Shown in pieces: positions 61,002 to 64,000 of a stretch of DNA of 64,000 nucleotides; within the stretch, counting starts at the first letter, position 1; every line of letters begins with the position of its first letter. The translations under genes were made by a program, and so were the position numbers. The notes beneath the pieces were generated by a model. The model did not search any database. It was given only the letters and a program-made list of their open reading frames with translations, and had not been told where the DNA came from. Source of the DNA: Octopus vulgaris (lineage: Eukaryota); the NCBI GenBank assembly GCA_951406725.2, contig OX597824.1, positions 18,600,001 through 18,664,000 of the forward strand, read 5' to 3'.

Positions 61002-61294
61002 GTATATATACACATATACCTGGACTCATACACGTACTACGATGTATTACGGATTAAACCAAGAGATCTTGACCAACATTACACATGTCAATAAAATGGA
61101 CTTAAATTCACTGGACAGTCATAAATGACAACCTTTTTTTCTTTTTTATACAAATTCATGGCCGAAAGGACAAAAGGGGATTATCTAAACCGGTTTCATC
61201 TTTACTGACCCCTCTGTATTTACTGCTGCTGTTCATCTCGATACTGGATTTATAGCCATTTATTATTAGGGGCTTTATTACAGAAGGGACACCA

Positions 61295-61690
<396 letters not shown>

Positions 61691-61778
61691 TTTTGATTAA
61701 TAAATGTGTGGTGCATCAGCAGTACTTTGGTATTAATACTATAATGGACTATTGGATAGTTTTCAGTCAACGGTTCGT

Positions 61779-62300
61779 TAAGGCGGCGAGCTGGAGAAGG
61801 CGGCGAGCTGGTAAAGGCGGCGAGCTGGAAAGGCGGCGAGCTGGAAGAAACGTTAGCACGCCGGGTGAAATGCTTAGCGGTATTTCGTCTGCCGTTACGT
61901 TGTGAGTTCAAATTCCGCCGAGGTCGACTTTGCCTTTCATCCTTTTGGGGTCGATAAATTAAGCACCAGTTACGCACTGGGGTCGATGTAATCGACTTAA
62001 TACCTATGTCTGTCCTTGTTTGTCTCCTCTGTGTTTAGCCCCTTGTGGGTAATAAAGAAATAGGTTCGTTTGTAAATTATAAGGCGGCGAGCTGGCAGAA
62101 CCGTTAGCACGCCGGGCGAAATGCGTAGCCGTATTTCGCCTGCCGTTACGTTCTGAGCTCAAATCCCGCCGCTGTCGACTTTTCCTTTTATCCTTTCGGG
62201 GTCGATAAATTAAGTACCAGTTACGCACTGGGGTCGATGTAATCGACTTAATCCGTTTGTCTGTCCTTGTTTGTCTGCCCTAGTGGGTAGTAAAGAAATA
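61779..62300 (+). mobile_element. Two full SINE family A copies in tandem; the first has a 4x repeated head
   Basis: AAGGCGGCGAGCTGG x4 at 61779-61845; target GGTTCGTT(TGTAAATTA) occurs before, between and after the copies. Confidence 0.88.
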
Positions 62301-62660
62301 GGTTCGTTTGTAAATTAGCCAGATTGGAAAATCGTGTTAAATTACTGCCTTTCTCTTCCTATCTCTCTCTCTCTTTCTCTCTTTCTCTCTTTCTCTCTCT
62401 CTCCCTCTCCGTTCCTTTCTCTCTTTCTAGGCACACACACACACACACACACTGTAGACAATCAGAAAAAGAAAGGAAAAAACCTAATATATCAAATCCC
62501 TATTTTTATGCAAATATATATGTGTTCGACATAACTCTTTGAATAACAGTTGCTGTAAATAAGCTCAATGGACAGTTAAATCAGGATAGCCGAATGATCA
62601 ACACGATTGACAGATCAATCGAACATTAGTAACGTTTCAGCGGAATATATATATATATTT

Positions 62661-62753
<93 letters not shown>

Positions 62754-62958
62754 TGCGTGTGTGTGTGTGTGTATGAATAAATAAATGGAGTTTAACGCAC
62801 GTGTAAATCAAATATTTTTACTTTCGACACATGTTTCGAAAATTCTACTGATACTATTCAAAAGACTAAATGGTATAAACAATGCAATCTTCTCTTCTGG
62901 TAACTATTTATTTATTTTTTTCCGTGTTAATTGTTAACAAGGTAAAAATACACATCTA

Positions 62959-63011
<53 letters not shown>

Positions 63012-63169
63012 ATGAAAAGGAACACACGAGTTGATATATATGAAAAAATAAGTCAAAATAGAAAATGCTAAAATAATTTTATAAAGAACATTTCTTTATA
63101 AAGAAATGATTGAAACCGGTACTGAAATGTTCTTCATAAAACTTATTTTAGCAGTTTCTATTTTGACTT

Positions 63170-63227
<58 letters not shown>

Positions 63228-63278
63228 TACATACATACATACATACATACATACATACATAGATAGATAGATAGATAC

Positions 63279-63347
<69 letters not shown>

Positions 63348-63355
63348 AAGATAGA

Positions 63356-63880
63356 TATGTTTTTATTATGGCCACACAGAAAATAGACGAAATACAATGT
63401 AGAGTTTTTCTTTTCGAGGTGGTATGGGTGGGACACATAAAGAAAATATCCGATCAATAGGGATCGTTGGGCTGTGTTATGCACAAAAAGGGAATGACAT
63501 ATATATATATAAAGTTCCCCCAAAAAAAGTGAGGGACGATATTGTTTACAGTTTAGGTGTAGCCTTGGAAGGAAAAACCTACAAAAAAGACCAAGGTCAC
63601 CTCAGGCAGTTTAAAATGTCCATGAGAGTAAGAATCTTTCCTCTCGCTTTCTCTTTTTGTTACAGATTTAAGCTTAAAATGGTGTCGTCCTTCATACTGA
63701 CCATTTTTGCCACATTTACCCATTTTCAATTGAAACTTTCATTCGACAATACTTTCATTCTCTATTCTCATCCTCCTTTTCAAGTGGTACTTGAAAAAGT
63801 TGACGAGAGACTGACCAGAGAGGAAAGTGTTTGTTTGTAGGCCCTTCAAACGCGTCCACTACACGCATTCTTTCGCCATA
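63356..63880 (-). mobile_element. 5'-truncated L1/Tx1-like LINE 3' end within (TATC)n
   Basis: MAKECV*WTRLKGLQTNTFLSGQSLVNFFKYHLKRRMRIE/VLSNESFN*KWVNVAKM...* resembles a Tx1-type ORF2 C-terminus (AK..IW..R). About 300 bp of 3' UTR ends in AATAAA. Confidence 0.55.
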
Positions 63881-63886
63881 GATAGT

Positions 63887-63950
<64 letters not shown>

Positions 63951-64000
63951 GATAGAGAGAGAGAGATAGAGAGAGAGATAGATAGATAGATAGATAGATA

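Noticed and set aside
63424-63840. 138-aa plus-strand ORF with apparent splice signals
   Set aside because: It is antisense to the LINE-like remnant, and the implied intron is only ~38 nt.

Overview
AT-rich, microsatellite-saturated eukaryotic DNA with no host protein-coding gene that I can recognise. The SINE families and repeat make-up resemble those of octopus/coleoid cephalopods (inference). Nearly all ORFs in the track are translated microsatellites. The identifiable coding remnants are transposon-derived: five R4/Dong-like restriction-endonuclease-like (REL) LINE fragments, a mariner transposase pseudogene and a probable Tx1/L1 3' end. Non-autonomous elements include several tRNA-derived SINE families, a (TAA)n-restricted ~550-bp retroposon, a MITE with an 8-bp TSD, two TTAA MITEs, a Helitron and a Helentron-like element. 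Four structures stand out. (1) About a dozen type I hammerhead ribozyme motifs from several unrelated sequence families lie mostly in (TA)n-embedded Penelope-like pLTR or fold-back units. (2) A tRNA-headed SINE carries a hammerhead tail. (3) One SINE family forms 184-bp-period multimers that always rejoin at the loop of its own hairpin; one array is flanked by a ~125-bp duplication. (4) Different retroelements appear to partition different microsatellite targets (TA, TAA, TATC). Coordinates were read by eye and may be off by a few bases.
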